Source: Octopus vulgaris
Lineage: Eukaryota
Assembly (NCBI GenBank): GCA_951406725.2
Contig: OX597830.1
Location: forward strand, 73,408,001 to 73,472,000
Reading direction: 5' to 3'
DNA length: 64,000 nt
In this document: one piece after another, positions 43,654 to 57,440 of the stretch
How the letters are laid out: each line of letters starts with the position of its first letter
Position numbering within the stretch: position 1 is the stretch's first letter
The notes under the pieces: model-generated
The model's input: only the letters and a program-made list of their open reading frames with translations
The model's database searches: none
Told to the model about the DNA's origin: nothing
Program-made: the position numbers and the translations under genes

Positions 43654-44110
43654 GGAAGGTAGGAAAGAAGGGACAGAAAAGAAAGGAGAGATAGAAAGAT
43701 GAAAGAAATGCACATTTTCATGTATGCATAGATACATGCATGTTGCATATCTATACAAAAACACACGCATGCGTAAACGAACACACAAGCATGCGTAAAC
43801 GCACATACACATCGATATGAACTCATCTCGTATATATATATACATATCCGTATATCAGCTGTAATTAAACTGCCCCAAATCACATCATTTCAATTTTCTG
43901 GTCAATAACTAGATTATCGCCAGTTGTTAATAATATCTAAATTAGCCTTGAAAGCAGTTGTTAAGAAAGTCTGAATGCAGTCAATTATACCCCAGCGTCC
44001 AGTTATGTTTACGCAACGAACCGTCGAGCTGTTTAATACGTTATATTGCAAGGGACGCTACCCTGTTCAAGAGGTATAATGTGAATTATGTCCCTTTAAA
44101 TCTCTCTACT

Positions 44111-44471
44111 CTTTACTCTTTTACTTCTTTCAGTCATTTGACTGCGGCTATGCTGGAGCACCGCCTTTAATCGAGCAACTCGACCGACCCCGGGACTTAT
44201 TATTTGTAAGCCCAGTACTTATTCTATCGGTCTCTTTTGCCGAACCGCTAAGTGACGGGGATGTAAACACACCAGCATCGGTTGTCAAGCAACAGACACA
44301 CAAACACACACACACATACATATATACATATATACGACAGGCTTCTTTCAGTTTCCGTCTACCAAATCCACTCACAAGGCATTAGTCGGCCCGGGGCTAT
44401 AGCAGAAGACACTTGCCGAAGATGCCACTCAGTGGGACTGAACCCGGAACCACACAGCCACTACTTCGCCT
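44111..44471 (-). mobile_element. SINE family B
   Basis: Reverse-complement match. Confidence 0.88.
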
Positions 44472-44504
44472 ATTGTATAAATCGTTAATTTTGATTCATA
44501 TATT

Positions 44505-44717
44505 ATTTTCTACTCTAGACACAAGGCCCGAAATTTTGTGGGAGTGGGGCCAGTCGATTAGATCAACCTCCGTATGCAACTGTTACTTAATTTATCGACC
44601 CCCGAAAGGATGAAAGGCAAAGTCGACCTCGGCGGAATTTCAACATAAAAAATAAAAACAGACGAAAAACCGCTCAGCATTTCCCGTGGCGTGCTAACGT
44701 TTACGTCGCCTCGCCGC
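44505..44717 (-). mobile_element. SINE family A
   Basis: Reverse-complement core plus short-tail variant. Confidence 0.85.
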
Positions 44718-44918
44718 TTTTGTTGGGATTGAAATATTGATAAGCAAGAATGAAACAATTATTTATGGGATACGTCGATGTAGTTTGAGGAGAATTTCTG
44801 TTGGTGTGTGTGCGTGTATGTGTGTGTGTGAGCGTGCGTTCGTGTGTGTGTGCGTACACGCATATATGCACATATGTACACGAAGATTTGTAGCCGAAAT
44901 GTGATTTCTCTGTCTCTT

Positions 44919-45439
<521 letters not shown>

Positions 45440-45444
45440 GTTAT

Positions 45445-45636
45445 TCTTACATTTGTTTCAATCATTTGACTGCAGCCATGCTGGAGCACTGCTTTTAGTC
45501 GAGCAAATCGCCCCCCTGACGTATTCTTTGTAAGCTTAGTACTTATTCTATCGGTCTCTTTTATCGAACCGCTAAGTTACGGGGACGTGATCACGCCAAC
45601 ATCGGTTGTCAAACGATGGCCAGAGGACAAACACAG

Positions 45637-45673
<37 letters not shown>

Positions 45674-45917
45674 CAACACATATATACAATAGGCTTCTTT
45701 CAGTTTCCGTCTACCAAATCCACTCACAAGGTTTTGGTCGGGCCAAGGCTATAGCAGAAGACTCTTGCCCAATATAGAGAATATGTTAGTAGAGTGTAGA
45801 ACACCCCTCGGAATATATGATACATGTGTTAAGTCACCGAAACTATTAGGTGTGGGACTGAACCCGGAGCCATGTAGTTGGTAAGTAAGCTACTTACCAC
45901 ACAACCACTCCTGCGCC
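45445..45917 (-). mobile_element. SINE family B interrupted by an inverted duplicated segment (45771-45851)
   Basis: SINE sequence stops at TTGCCCAA (about 45772) and resumes at GTGGGACTGAACCCGG (about 45852). Confidence 0.85.
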
Positions 45918-46407
45918 TATACATACATATATATAGATATTGACATACATTCACATGCACTTGCATATGTACGTGTATTATATATAAACTGTTTTTTCTG
46001 AGACTACCCACATCTAAGAATCTCAGTTACTTAACACATGTATAATATATTTCGAGGCGTATTCTGCACACTACAAACATATTCTCTATCTCTTCCAAGA
46101 CACCGGGTCACATTTCAGATGACATAGCAGGGGTTAAACGTCCAGGCTTACAAGCTGTGTGAAAAGCAATTATTTATTGAATGCTAAAACGCTTAATGTA
46201 CTGATCCTTAAAGTTTTACTCTGTTCACATAACAACCATATGGACATGTATCAAATATTATCTTAACTCTCTTGGATTGAATTAATTAAAGTTGAAATAA
46301 AATATGGAATGCAGTAGGCAATGTGTCAAATATTTTGTAGGGTACAGACAAAGGAGATTATGTTTTGGTGTTATTAAACCTTATCAGTGTAGAATTTAGA
46401 TATATAT

Positions 46408-46635
46408 ATCTTTACTACTCATAAGGGGCTAAATACAGAGGGGACAAACAAGGACAGACAAACGGATTAAGTCGATTATATCGACCCCAGTGTGTAACTG
46501 GTACTTAATTTATAGACCCCTAAAGGACGAAAGGCAAAGTCGACCCCGGCGGAATTTGAACCCAGAACGTAACGGCAGACGAAATACGGCTACTCATTTC
46601 GCCCGGCGTGCTAACGTTTCTGCCAGCTCGCCACC
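46408..46635 (-). mobile_element. SINE family A, full length
   Basis: Reverse complement of the 53474-53706 sequence. Confidence 0.9.
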
Positions 46636-46703
46636 TGGCAGAATTTTATGTTTAAATTTAGACCGGTGTTTGCTATGTATTTAGAGATATATGTATGTGT
46701 GTT

Positions 46704-47004
46704 TGGAGGCATATGGCCTAGTGGTTAGAGCAGCGGACTCGCGGTCGAGTGATCACGGATTCAAATCTCAGACCGGGTGATGTGTATGTTTATGAGCGAA
46801 ACACCTAAGCTCCACGCAACTCCGGAAGAAGTTAATGGCGAACTTCTGTTGACTCTTTCGCCACAACTTTCTCTCACTCTTTCTTCTTGCATCTTGCAGC
46901 TCACCTGCGATGGACCGGCGTCCCGTCCAGGTGTGGAACCTATGCGTCAAGGACACTGGGAAACCGGTCCTTATGAGCCAGGCGTGGCTCGAGAAGGAAC
47001 AAAC
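46704..47004 (+). mobile_element. SINE family C, tail type 2
   Basis: Contains CCTGCGATGGACCGGCGTCCCGTCCAGG (V-domain-like). TSD ATGTATGTGTGT. Confidence 0.9.
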
Positions 47005-47549
47005 ATGTATGTGTGTGTGTGTGTGTGTGTGTGTACGAATGAATGCATGTATTCCTTTATGTTTAAGCAACAGCCAATCATTGATCGACAAATTAGTCGT
47101 TACTTTTATGCAACGTAACACATTTCATTTCTCGAAACAAATTTCAACAGTGGCTATCAACCTTTATCTTCTTCTGTGTGTTAGTTCGCCTATGCATAAT
47201 GATAGTAATAACCGGGTATTAGAACTGAATATACCTATGCTTCATTTTCTTCATCTTAGACAGACAGATAGGCACATAGATATTGTTTGAGGACGCTTGG
47301 CCTAGTTGTTAGGATTTTGCACGCGGGCGCTGTGTTTTGTATGTGAGCAAAATACTTGATCTCGCGTTGCTCTCTGATCTCTTCTATAACTGAAAGTGTT
47401 ACACTTTACACCTGTACAGGTAATATCGATTTGATGGAGATAGTGAGCTAATGAGCATCACGAACAATTGATCACTATAAACAAATCACCTGTGCTGATT
47501 CTTCAGCAAGAACTCGCGGAACCATCTTTTTCGGACCCGAAACATACTC

Positions 47550-47591
<42 letters not shown>

Positions 47592-47592
47592 C

Positions 47593-47630
<38 letters not shown>

Positions 47631-47993
47631 GATAGACAGACAGACAAACAAACACTAAAATTTAAATGCAAAGAAATGATGGCTGACAAAATGGCAATTG
47701 ACTCGGGGCAACGTATCGATCAAGCTGTTATACGTATAATAGAACAAAATGATAGATAAGCAAACAGCGGGGATCGGGCCATATATACTTATATTTATAT
47801 ACCTGTAGGGCAACCAAATGTATAATAGAATAAAATCGCTGGAGACGTTGTTAAATCTACCCCTCTTCATCTACATTAACATGATTCTAATAATGAATAT
47901 TACAAGTGAGTGCGTGTGTGCCTGCGTACCTATGTGTGTGTTTATGTTTAAATTTAGGCCGGTGTTTGCTATGTATTTCCAAGTACCTTATTA

Positions 47994-48282
47994 GGAGGCA
48001 CATGGCCTAGTGGTTAGAGCATCGGACTCGCAGTCGAGGGGTCTCGGGTTCGAATCTCAGACCGGGCGATCTGTGTGTTTATGAGCGAAAACACCTAGGC
48101 TCCGACAGAAGGTAATGGCGAACTTGTGCTGACTCTTTCGCCACATCTTTCTTTCACTCTTTCCACCTGCATCTTGCAGCTCACCTGCGACGGACTGGCA
48201 TCCTTTCCTGGTGGGGAACCTATACGCCAAGAAACCGGGAAACCGGCCCTTATGATCCAAGCGGGGCTCGAGAAGGAAAAAA
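47994..48282 (+). mobile_element. SINE family C, tail type 2
   Basis: 13-bp TSD CAAGTACCTTATT at 47980-47992 and 48283-48295. Confidence 0.92.
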
Positions 48283-48828
48283 CAAGTACCTTATTCCTAT
48301 GATTACAGATTCCTCTGCCGCTAATACAAGCAATCTGTTTATAGTTACATATAATAAACATATTTAGTATAGTTGCGAATTTATGACCGTGTTACAATGC
48401 TTTGATGCACCTTATAACTGAAAAAAGAAAGCAATTTCGAGTAAGGAGGTTTATGATCGGCGGTATTGAAACCCACACGTCTTATTTTCAGAACTAGTCA
48501 AAATAATGATTCGCCAGTTTTATCTTTATTCTTGACGTTATGGTGTAATTTAAAGATTTGGCCGCCATTTCTAGCATGACAACAGATCACATAAAGGTTT
48601 CATATTCGTTGCCTTATTCTTGTTTACTGACTCCCACAGGCACAGACAGTTGCAACTTCTGATATGTCGGTATTGGGAGCTTCCGTTTGGTTAATATTAC
48701 ATTAAATGCTTGTTGCATTTTTATTATTTATTTCGTGGGAGATAATTTTCATCACCATCGTCAAAGCCTACGTCGAGGCAGAAAATTTGAAAAATGATCT
48801 GGTGATTATTTCAGGAAATCTGATTGGT

Positions 48829-49047
48829 TACTCTTTTACTTGTTTCGGCCATTTTGACTGTAGCCATGCTGGAGCACCGCCTTCAGTCGAGTAAATCGTC
48901 CCCAGGACTTATTCTTTGTAAGCCTAGTACTTATTCTATCGGTCTCTTTTTGCCGAACCGCTAAGTTACGGGGACGTAAAACACCAGCATCGGTTGTCAA
49001 GCGATGTTGGGGGACAAACACAGACACGAAAACATACACACACATGC

Positions 49048-49097
<50 letters not shown>

Positions 49098-49265
49098 ATA
49101 CATATATACGACGGGCTTCTTTCAGTTTCTGTCTACCAAATCCACTCATAAGGCTTTGGTCGGCCCGAGGCTATAGCAATGACACTTGCCCAAGGTACCA
49201 CGCAGTGGGAATGAACCCGGAACCATGTGGTTGGTAAGCAAGCTACTTACCACACAACCACTCCT
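48829..49265 (-). mobile_element. SINE family B, full length
   Basis: Reverse-complement match. Confidence 0.9.
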
Positions 49266-49882
49266 GGAAATAATTTTTAAAGATACTTATCTGCTATTTC
49301 TAGCTCGTTCAAATGACCACTTTGAGGGTAAAAGCGGTGGTGGCATTGAGCCTTCTTTTTTCTATATTTCAATTAAAGGAAAAAGGGAAAAAATTACAAG
49401 AAAATAAAGATAAAGATTAACTCTCCATTGAAAGCTGTAATATGATAACTGAAGTGTAATGGAGATGGGGGAGAGGGAGGAAGATAGAGATAGAGAGGGT
49501 AGAAGGCAGAGGTGGGCTGTGAGAGGTGGTATGGATATTCTGCTGTCATAGTACAGCTGTTTGCTATACGTACACTTGACTTCTATTCAACTGTGTCTAC
49601 TCCGAGTATTTCAATGGCTGGCTTTTTAGTAAGGAAAAGCACGTGTTTGATATTCTGTTACACCTTTTTCTCAAGTAGAGACATGGCTGTCAGCCTTCCT
49701 GACTGTCTGTCTGTCTGTCTGCATGCCTGGTTGCCTGTCTGTCTGTCTTTGTGACTCTCCTTCTTTTATGTGTGTCTGCGTGATTGTTTGATGGTTGAAG
49801 TAGCTACATCTGCACCTGCTTTAGTTTAGTGTGGTGCGCTGTGATGTGGTGTGGTGGCTTTATGAATGACAAGAGAAAGAAA

Positions 49883-49933
<51 letters not shown>

Positions 49934-50205
49934 GAGGGAGAAAGAGATATACAAATAAATAAAATAATACAGCAGGAAAAAATAAAAGCATGTTACAGTG
50001 TGGATCAAAATTATCCGGAAATTCTTTTCCCTATTCGCAGCCCTCTCAGAAGGCAATGGAATTAATTGAGGTATCATATCGAAAGCTGCTGGAGAGAATA
50101 TACTATAGCGCATATCGCATGGGAAAAAATTATGTGCGTGTGGTGATGGTGTTGGTGGTGGTAGTAGTGAGGGGAGTTATGTTTGTGTGTGTGTGTGTGT
50201 GTGTG

Positions 50206-50459
<254 letters not shown>

Positions 50460-51178
50460 TGTATTTACGATGTATATGTTTGAAATATAACAATCTACTC
50501 TTTCGGTTGGATTTTGGGGTTCCAAGAACTGCACTGTCTCTTTTGTTTATTAGCTGTTTCGTTGCAATCACCTGTTCTTGAAGATTGCAAATGAATAGCT
50601 TTAAATTTGCGATATGATGCAGCGATCTTGAATTCAAGAAAGGCTACACTCGAGCATAGTATATTATTGTCTTGTTCAAGGCTTCAGGAAACACAGCCAG
50701 GAATAGCCTTTTTTTTTTCTTTTCTTTTAATTTTTTTTTCGTATGCTGATTGTCTCCAGGTACATTAGTCCGGCTGTTTTGTGGTTGTATATGAAGTCTT
50801 CAGAAGGAGAGTGCTTTCTGAGGAGCTTACTGCCGTTCCCTTCCCTTTTCAGCACTGCGGTTTCGTACTTGCTCCGCTGCTGTCGTGTAACAGGTGCTTC
50901 TCTGTATGTCCTGGTTATCGTTTACATTTCTCTTTGCCTGTTTTTCATTGGTTTCCTACCACTCCCACTTTCCCCTCACCTTTTCTCTGAAGGCAAACAT
51001 TAATGCATTCTTGTCATTTCCACTTTCTAAGTCTATGAAAAGTATCACGCATGCGCACAGACACATGCATACAGACAGATAGAAACGTGGCCGCATATAT
51101 ATATATATACATATATGCATGTATGTGTTTGTGTATATATACATAGTCATGTGCACTATCTTTTCTCTCTGATAACAA

Positions 51179-51221
<43 letters not shown>

Positions 51222-51224
<3 letters not shown>

Positions 51225-51624
51225 CTCTTTTACTCTTTTGCTTGTTTCAGTCATTTGACTGCGGCCATGCTGGAGCACCGCCTTTAATCGAGCAACTTGA
51301 TCCCGGACTTATTCTTTTTGTAAGCCCAGTACTTATTCTATCGGTCTCTTTTGCCGAACCGCTAAGTAACGGGGACATAAACACACCAGCATCTGTTGTC
51401 AAGCAATGCTAGGGGGACAAACAAAGACACACACACACTCATATATATATATACATATATACGACGGGCTTCTTTCAGTTTCCGTCTACCAAATCCACTC
51501 ACAGGGCTTTGGTCGGCCCGAGGCTATAGTAGAAGACACTTGCCCAACGTGCCACGCAGTGGGACTGAACCCGGAACCATGTGGTTGGTAAACAAGCTAC
51601 TTACCACACAGCCACTCCTGCGCC
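51222..51624 (-). mobile_element. SINE family B, full length
   Basis: Reverse-complement match flanked by (TA)n. Confidence 0.9.
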
Positions 51625-51627
51625 TAC

Positions 51628-51685
<58 letters not shown>

Positions 51686-51732
51686 TCATGTATATATAAC
51701 TCTCTCTCTCTCTCTCTCTCTCACATACATAG

Positions 51733-51765
<33 letters not shown>

Positions 51766-52707
51766 CATACACACATACAAACACAAGCATACATATATAC
51801 ATATAACAGACACCAAATCACAACAAACACTCAGGTATTGGTATTGTTTTCCTTTCCTCGTTTTCCTTTCACATTGAACACTAAGTAAGCATTTATCATA
51901 TCTCGCCACATTTCACACGAATGAATCAAATTTATTTCTAATATTTCAAACTCAAACTTGATTGACGCAATCCGATTAGAAGTGACAACCTTTTCCACTG
52001 CATATTGAAATAGTCTGGTTAGTTAATGCCATCCACGTTTCTTGTTGATTGCTGGTGCTGCAGTGCAGATGTAGGTGGTTGTAGCTTACCTGTACTTAGC
52101 TGTGTGTTTATTTAAATCAACGAGTGGCAGGCCTAGTGCGTTGCCCTGCTTTACGTCTTGTAGTATTTACTTAAATTCTTGCGTGATAGATTACATCCGT
52201 CACCCGGTTTCACACTGTCATATGGTCCTTCGATGCTTTTAGAGGAGTTCATTCTGTTCCAAGCATCCGTCTCCGTCAATACCCTTGCCCGTTCTTCAAA
52301 AATTGGGGTCTTCGAAAAAGAAGTGTCATGGGCACTATCTTTTCTCTCTGATGACAAGGCGTATGGCGATAGTGTGACAGACTGTTGTGTCATTTAGGAG
52401 TTGGTAGGGAGGCTATTTACCCACACAATACATACATATATGCTTTATGTGTGCGTGTGTATAAACATGCATACATACATACGTACATACGACCACATAC
52501 ATAATTGCATACATACATACATACACGCATACATACATACATACATACATACATACATACATACATACATACATACATTCATACATACATACAAAAGATC
52601 AGTTACCTCATACGGCGTTATATTCCGGGAAGAAACCCAAACTAGCTGAATTCTGCATGGTTGTGTGTGGTTTATATAAATAATATTATTACTCTCTTAT
52701 ATATATA

Positions 52708-53464
52708 TTGGGTCATCCTATAAATCATGAACTAAAATTCGGAGGTGGGCGGGTTAAACTACCTGCATCAGCTTAATATAAAAGCAGGTAGTAATTTTAA
52801 CTTGTACTTATTCTTAGTACAAGTTTTGAAGAGTGCAGTTCGATTTAAACAGTTAGTTTTTCATAGCTCTAATGGAAGTGTCAAAGGAACATATTCGGCA
52901 TATTTTGCTTTAAAAGTTCAATAAAGGCAACAACGCAACGGAAGGTGCGAGGAATACTAATGCAGTAAATGGAGATCGGACAATAAGCGTAAGCCAGCGT
53001 CAACGGTGGTTCCAGTAATTCCGACTCGGAAACTAAATCCTAGAAGACGAGCTTCGTCCTGAAAGATCTGTTGAGCTCGACTAGGAAGTCCTGCAAACCC
53101 TGGTGGAACAAAATCTCATCGTAACTGTTGCAGAACTAGTAGAAAAGGTTGGATTTGGTCATTCAACCAGTCATTCAAGTCAGCACTAGAAGAAAAACGA
53201 CCATTTTGGTTTTATTCCACAGTCTTCAAAATAATTTGGACGGAAAATATATGAATTATGTAGACGAGGTCAGGAAAGTACAGGAAGTTATTTTTCGTCA
53301 TGGACAAGGGAATTTTGGAAGAGAGGCGTTGCAAGTCTATCAGTTAGATGGAAGAGCATTGTAGAAAATGAAGGAGAGTAAATTCTAGATTAAATGATAA
53401 TTTTGTTTATCTTAATTTAAAAAATAAAAGTATAAAGAACCATATTATTTATGGAATGACCCAA
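52708..53464 (+). mobile_element. Internally deleted mariner (Tc1/mariner) element
   Basis: Imperfect TIRs TTGGGTCATCCTATAAAT... / ...ATTTATGGAATGACCCAA flanked by TA. From ATG 52872: MEVSKEHIRHILL*KFNKGNNATEGARN...QRWFQ*FRLGN*ILEDELRPERS (mariner HTH). C-terminal LFHSLQNNLDGK...RWKSIVENEGE. Most of the catalytic domain is missing. Confidence 0.88.
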
Positions 53465-53473
53465 TATATATAT

Positions 53474-53706
53474 AAGGCGCCGAGCTGGCAGAAACGTTAG
53501 CACGCCGGGCGAAATGCGTAGCCGTATTTCGTCTGCCGTTACGTTCTGAGTTCAAATTCCGCCGAGGTCGACTTTGCCTTTCATCCTTTCGGGGTCGATA
53601 AATTAAGTACCAGTTACGCACTGGGGTCGATGTAATCGACTTAATCCCTTTGTCTGTCCTTGTTTATCCCCTCTGTGTTTAGCCCCTTGTGGGTAGTAAA
53701 GAAATA
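53474..53706 (+). mobile_element. SINE family A, full length, young, in (TA)n
   Basis: GGCGCCGAGCTGGCAGAAACGTTAGCACGCCGGGCG...GGGTAGTAAAGAAATA. Confidence 0.92.
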
Positions 53707-54019
53707 AATATATATATATATATATATTGTGATCCCGTGATCCACCAGACTATCAGATGTTTTTATACATCGTTAGTCACAATGTGCTTTTAGCTTTCGA
53801 ATGATACCACCCCGCTCGTTGGTGGAGGTGCGTGACTTAGTGGTTGGGGTGTTGGATTCATGATCGTAACATTGTGGTTTTGGTTCCTGGATCGAGTGAC
53901 GTATTCCTGAATGAGTAACCCTTCGACGGACCCAGGTGGGGAATATATACGCCATGAAAACTGGGAAACCGGGCCTTATGAGACGGTATGATCCGCGAAG
54001 GTAGTTTTACCTTTACTTT

Positions 54020-54349
54020 ACGTAACTGGCATTTATTTAATCGACCCCGAAAGGATGAAAGGCAAAGTCGACCTCGACGGAATTTGAACTCAGAACATAG
54101 CGGCAGACGAAATACCTATTACTTTACTACCCACAAGGGGGCTAAACATAGAGAGGACAAACAAGGACAGACGTAGGTATTAAGTCGATTACATCGACCC
54201 CAGTGCGTAACTAGTACTTAATTTATCGACCCTGAAAGGATGAAAGGCAAGGTCGACCTCGGCGGAATTTGAACTCACAACGTAACGGCAGACGAAATAC
54301 GGCTATGCATTTCGCCCGGCGTGCTAACGTTTCTGCCAGTTCGCCGCCT
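54020..54349 (-). mobile_element. SINE family A, full copy plus tandem partial copy
   Basis: Full copy at about 54115-54349 and a partial copy at 54020-54114. Confidence 0.9.
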
Positions 54350-54596
54350 TATATGATCAAATAAATAATAACAACGTGATTAGCCGCGAAAGACTTCAGC
54401 CACGTCCCCACTGTATTCTTGGGATATTCTTTTGTTTGTTTTATCTGATAATTACGTTGTTTTTTTTTTTGTTTTTTTGGTAATGAAGTAATGCTCTCAT
54501 TCCATTATTTAAAAATGCATAAGAAACAGCTGTAATGAGCTGACAATTAGCAATTGTCTGTTATTATTCCTTTGATCATATATACATACATATATA

Positions 54597-54679
<83 letters not shown>

Positions 54680-54826
54680 CCCGAACCACATCACAACCGG
54701 TGTTGGCGTGTTTACATTCCCGAAAAACTAGTGGTTCGGCAAAAATGACCGATAGAAAATAAGTACCAGGCTTGAAAGACAAAGAAACAAAGTACTAGAG
54801 TCGATTTATTTAATCAAAAAATTCTC

Positions 54827-54870
<44 letters not shown>

Positions 54871-54886
54871 AATATATATATGTGTG

Positions 54887-55007
<121 letters not shown>

Positions 55008-55501
55008 GTGTGTGTGTGTATGTATATGTATATAAGTATTATATATATATGTATATATATATATGTATGTATATATATATATGTGTGTGTGTATATATAT
55101 ATATATATATGTGTGTGCGTGTGTGTTTGCGTGTGTGTATGTGTGTGTGTGTGTGTATTATATGTATGTTTCCAACCCCAAAACAATTACAATCAGCACT
55201 GAAAATAATGAACAACGAAAAGTAAAAAAAAAAAGAAGAAAAAAGAAAAAAAACATCGTCTCCAAACGAAACCTGCCAGCCCTAATACGACCAGCACGAA
55301 GGAAAGAAAGAAAGAACCTATCAGAACAAAACAAAAGAAAGAAAGATAAAAAAAAACAAAAACAAAAGGGAAAAAAATAACAAAACAAAATGTCAAAACA
55401 AATGAAATCAGGGTATTATTTCTTCTGTCGCGTATTCTCTTAGGTGTGTGTGTATACACACACACAAACATATATATATATATACATACATACATACATA
55501 C

Positions 55502-55547
<46 letters not shown>

Positions 55548-55962
55548 TGATGGAAGGGTGGGGTTGTAGTTATTTGGCGAATATGTGTGTGAAGGGGCGG
55601 GAAGGGCGGGAAGAGATACTATGGAGTAGTTTGGTGATTTATAGTTTCACGGCTTCTCTCGCTCCTCGGTGTGTAATCCAAGATTTTTCCTTGAGATTTA
55701 TGACTGGCACTAAAGCCAGTGGTGACCTATCAACGGGGAAAGCCGTCTGTTGATTCTTGGTGTGGCTTGTTGTTGTTGTTGTTGGTGGTGGTGGTGCTGT
55801 TGTCGTTGTTGATGGTGGTAGTAGTGGTGAGGAAGAGGTTGGTAGTGGCGATGATGGTGAGGATGGTGGTATTGTAGTAGTGACGTTGATGGTTCTAGAA
55901 ACGAAAGTAGTGGTGATTGTAGCGGTGATAACTGTTGTTAGTGGTAGTAGTATAAAAATTTC

Positions 55963-56042
<80 letters not shown>

Positions 56043-56087
56043 TGTAGTAGTAGTAGTAGTTGTAATTGTTGTAGTAGTAGTAGTAGT
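55963..56087. repeat. (GTA)n microsatellite
   Basis: Direct reading. Confidence 0.95.
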
Positions 56088-57280
56088 GCCATCGCGTTGT
56101 AGTGAATATTTAAAGCTCATGTCATCCTTGTTGGAGAGTACCTACGACCAAAGACAATCCCATCATGCCCATTTCGTTTTTATGCCCATCAACCCACTTT
56201 CATTGTGAGCATAGAATCCAAGATTACGTTAACCGATTCTAAGAGGAAGAGTGTACTTTGATTGCTATTTCTGGAATTTATGTTTAGGACACAGGTGGCA
56301 TCAGTTGTTTAAACCCCAGGCCAGCTCTAATAGAAATTTATGATCAAAGGCATTCTAACCATGCTTACTTTGTCTCTTTTTATCGCAAAAACCAACTATC
56401 TTAATTCTGATTTTGACCAGTATGTTATGAGTGAGATTTTTGCTACTGTTTCTAGCAAATCGAGTGGCGACGTAGAAGCTTCCGCTGATGATAGTGGTGG
56501 TTTTGGGTTGATATAAGAGAGATATGGCTGCTGTTTCAGGAAAATCGAGTGACAACACAGATACTTTAAAAACTATTAACTCTATTGATTTATGGTGAAA
56601 ATGAATTTCATATAAATGATTATCATAAAAAAAAACTACACCGATACACCAAATATGAAATCAATTAGAACAAAAATTGAAGAAATTGAAAAGTGGCTGT
56701 CAAGTGGCAGAAAACAGCCCACAGCGGTGGGGATGGTGGATGTAGGTCGCGTTTAGATGACATGAACGGGATTTCGTTGTTGTTTCAAGCAAATCAAGAC
56801 ATACAGCTCTTGTCGTTAGCGGTGGCAGAAGTGTTGTGGTGGTGGTGTTTGGGTGAAGATTTTTGGTCCAAGGTTCTAGCTGAGAAACTTAGGACAAAAT
56901 AAGACGTATGCATGTGTATTTGTCTTCCCGTTGTGCATGTTCTGTGTGTTTCTTCCACAGTCGAATGTATATGCATGTGTGCGTGCTCGTGGTCTTGAAG
57001 TAGGTGGATTCCTAAAAGAAAACCATAAAATACCAAATTCTGAAAATATTCCAGAACGGCGCACCATTCTAGAAAGATTCGCGTTTTTTTTTGTTTTTTT
57101 TTTCCTGCTACTGTTGATGAAATGTGATGGGTTTATGTGGAGCCGTGTTGATAAGGACAGATTCTGTTTCTGAATGAAATGAAGCAATCTGAAGGTCATA
57201 TTCACTTCGTTCGCTACTACTGACACTTCCCTTATTGTCAAAGCGATAGTGTTCGTTTCCATTATATCTTCTGTTGTTGA

Positions 57281-57281
<1 letters not shown>

Positions 57282-57311
<30 letters not shown>

Positions 57312-57440
57312 CTTCTTCTTCTTCTTCTTCTTCTCCCTCTCCTCCTCCTCCTCCTCCTCCTCCCCTCCTTCTTCTTCTTCTTCTTCTTCTTCTTCTTCTT
57401 CTTCTTCTTCTTCTTCTTCTTCTTCTTCTTCTTCTTCTTC
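57282..57440. repeat. (CTT)n(CCT)n(CTT)n polypyrimidine mirror repeat
   Basis: Direct reading. Confidence 0.95.

Noticed and set aside
44055-44085. TACCCTGT seed resembling the Hox-cluster miR-10 family
   Set aside because: The match stops after the seed and I see no precursor hairpin. No miR-10, miR-993 or iab-4-like mature sequence was recognised in the window.
50490-52400. Non-repetitive blocks (50490-51040, 51960-52400; also 57540-58210 and 9400-9950) with short ORFs
   Set aside because: Probably old interspersed-repeat fragments, but they are single-copy in this window with no identifiable protein motif. A repeat-library search is needed.
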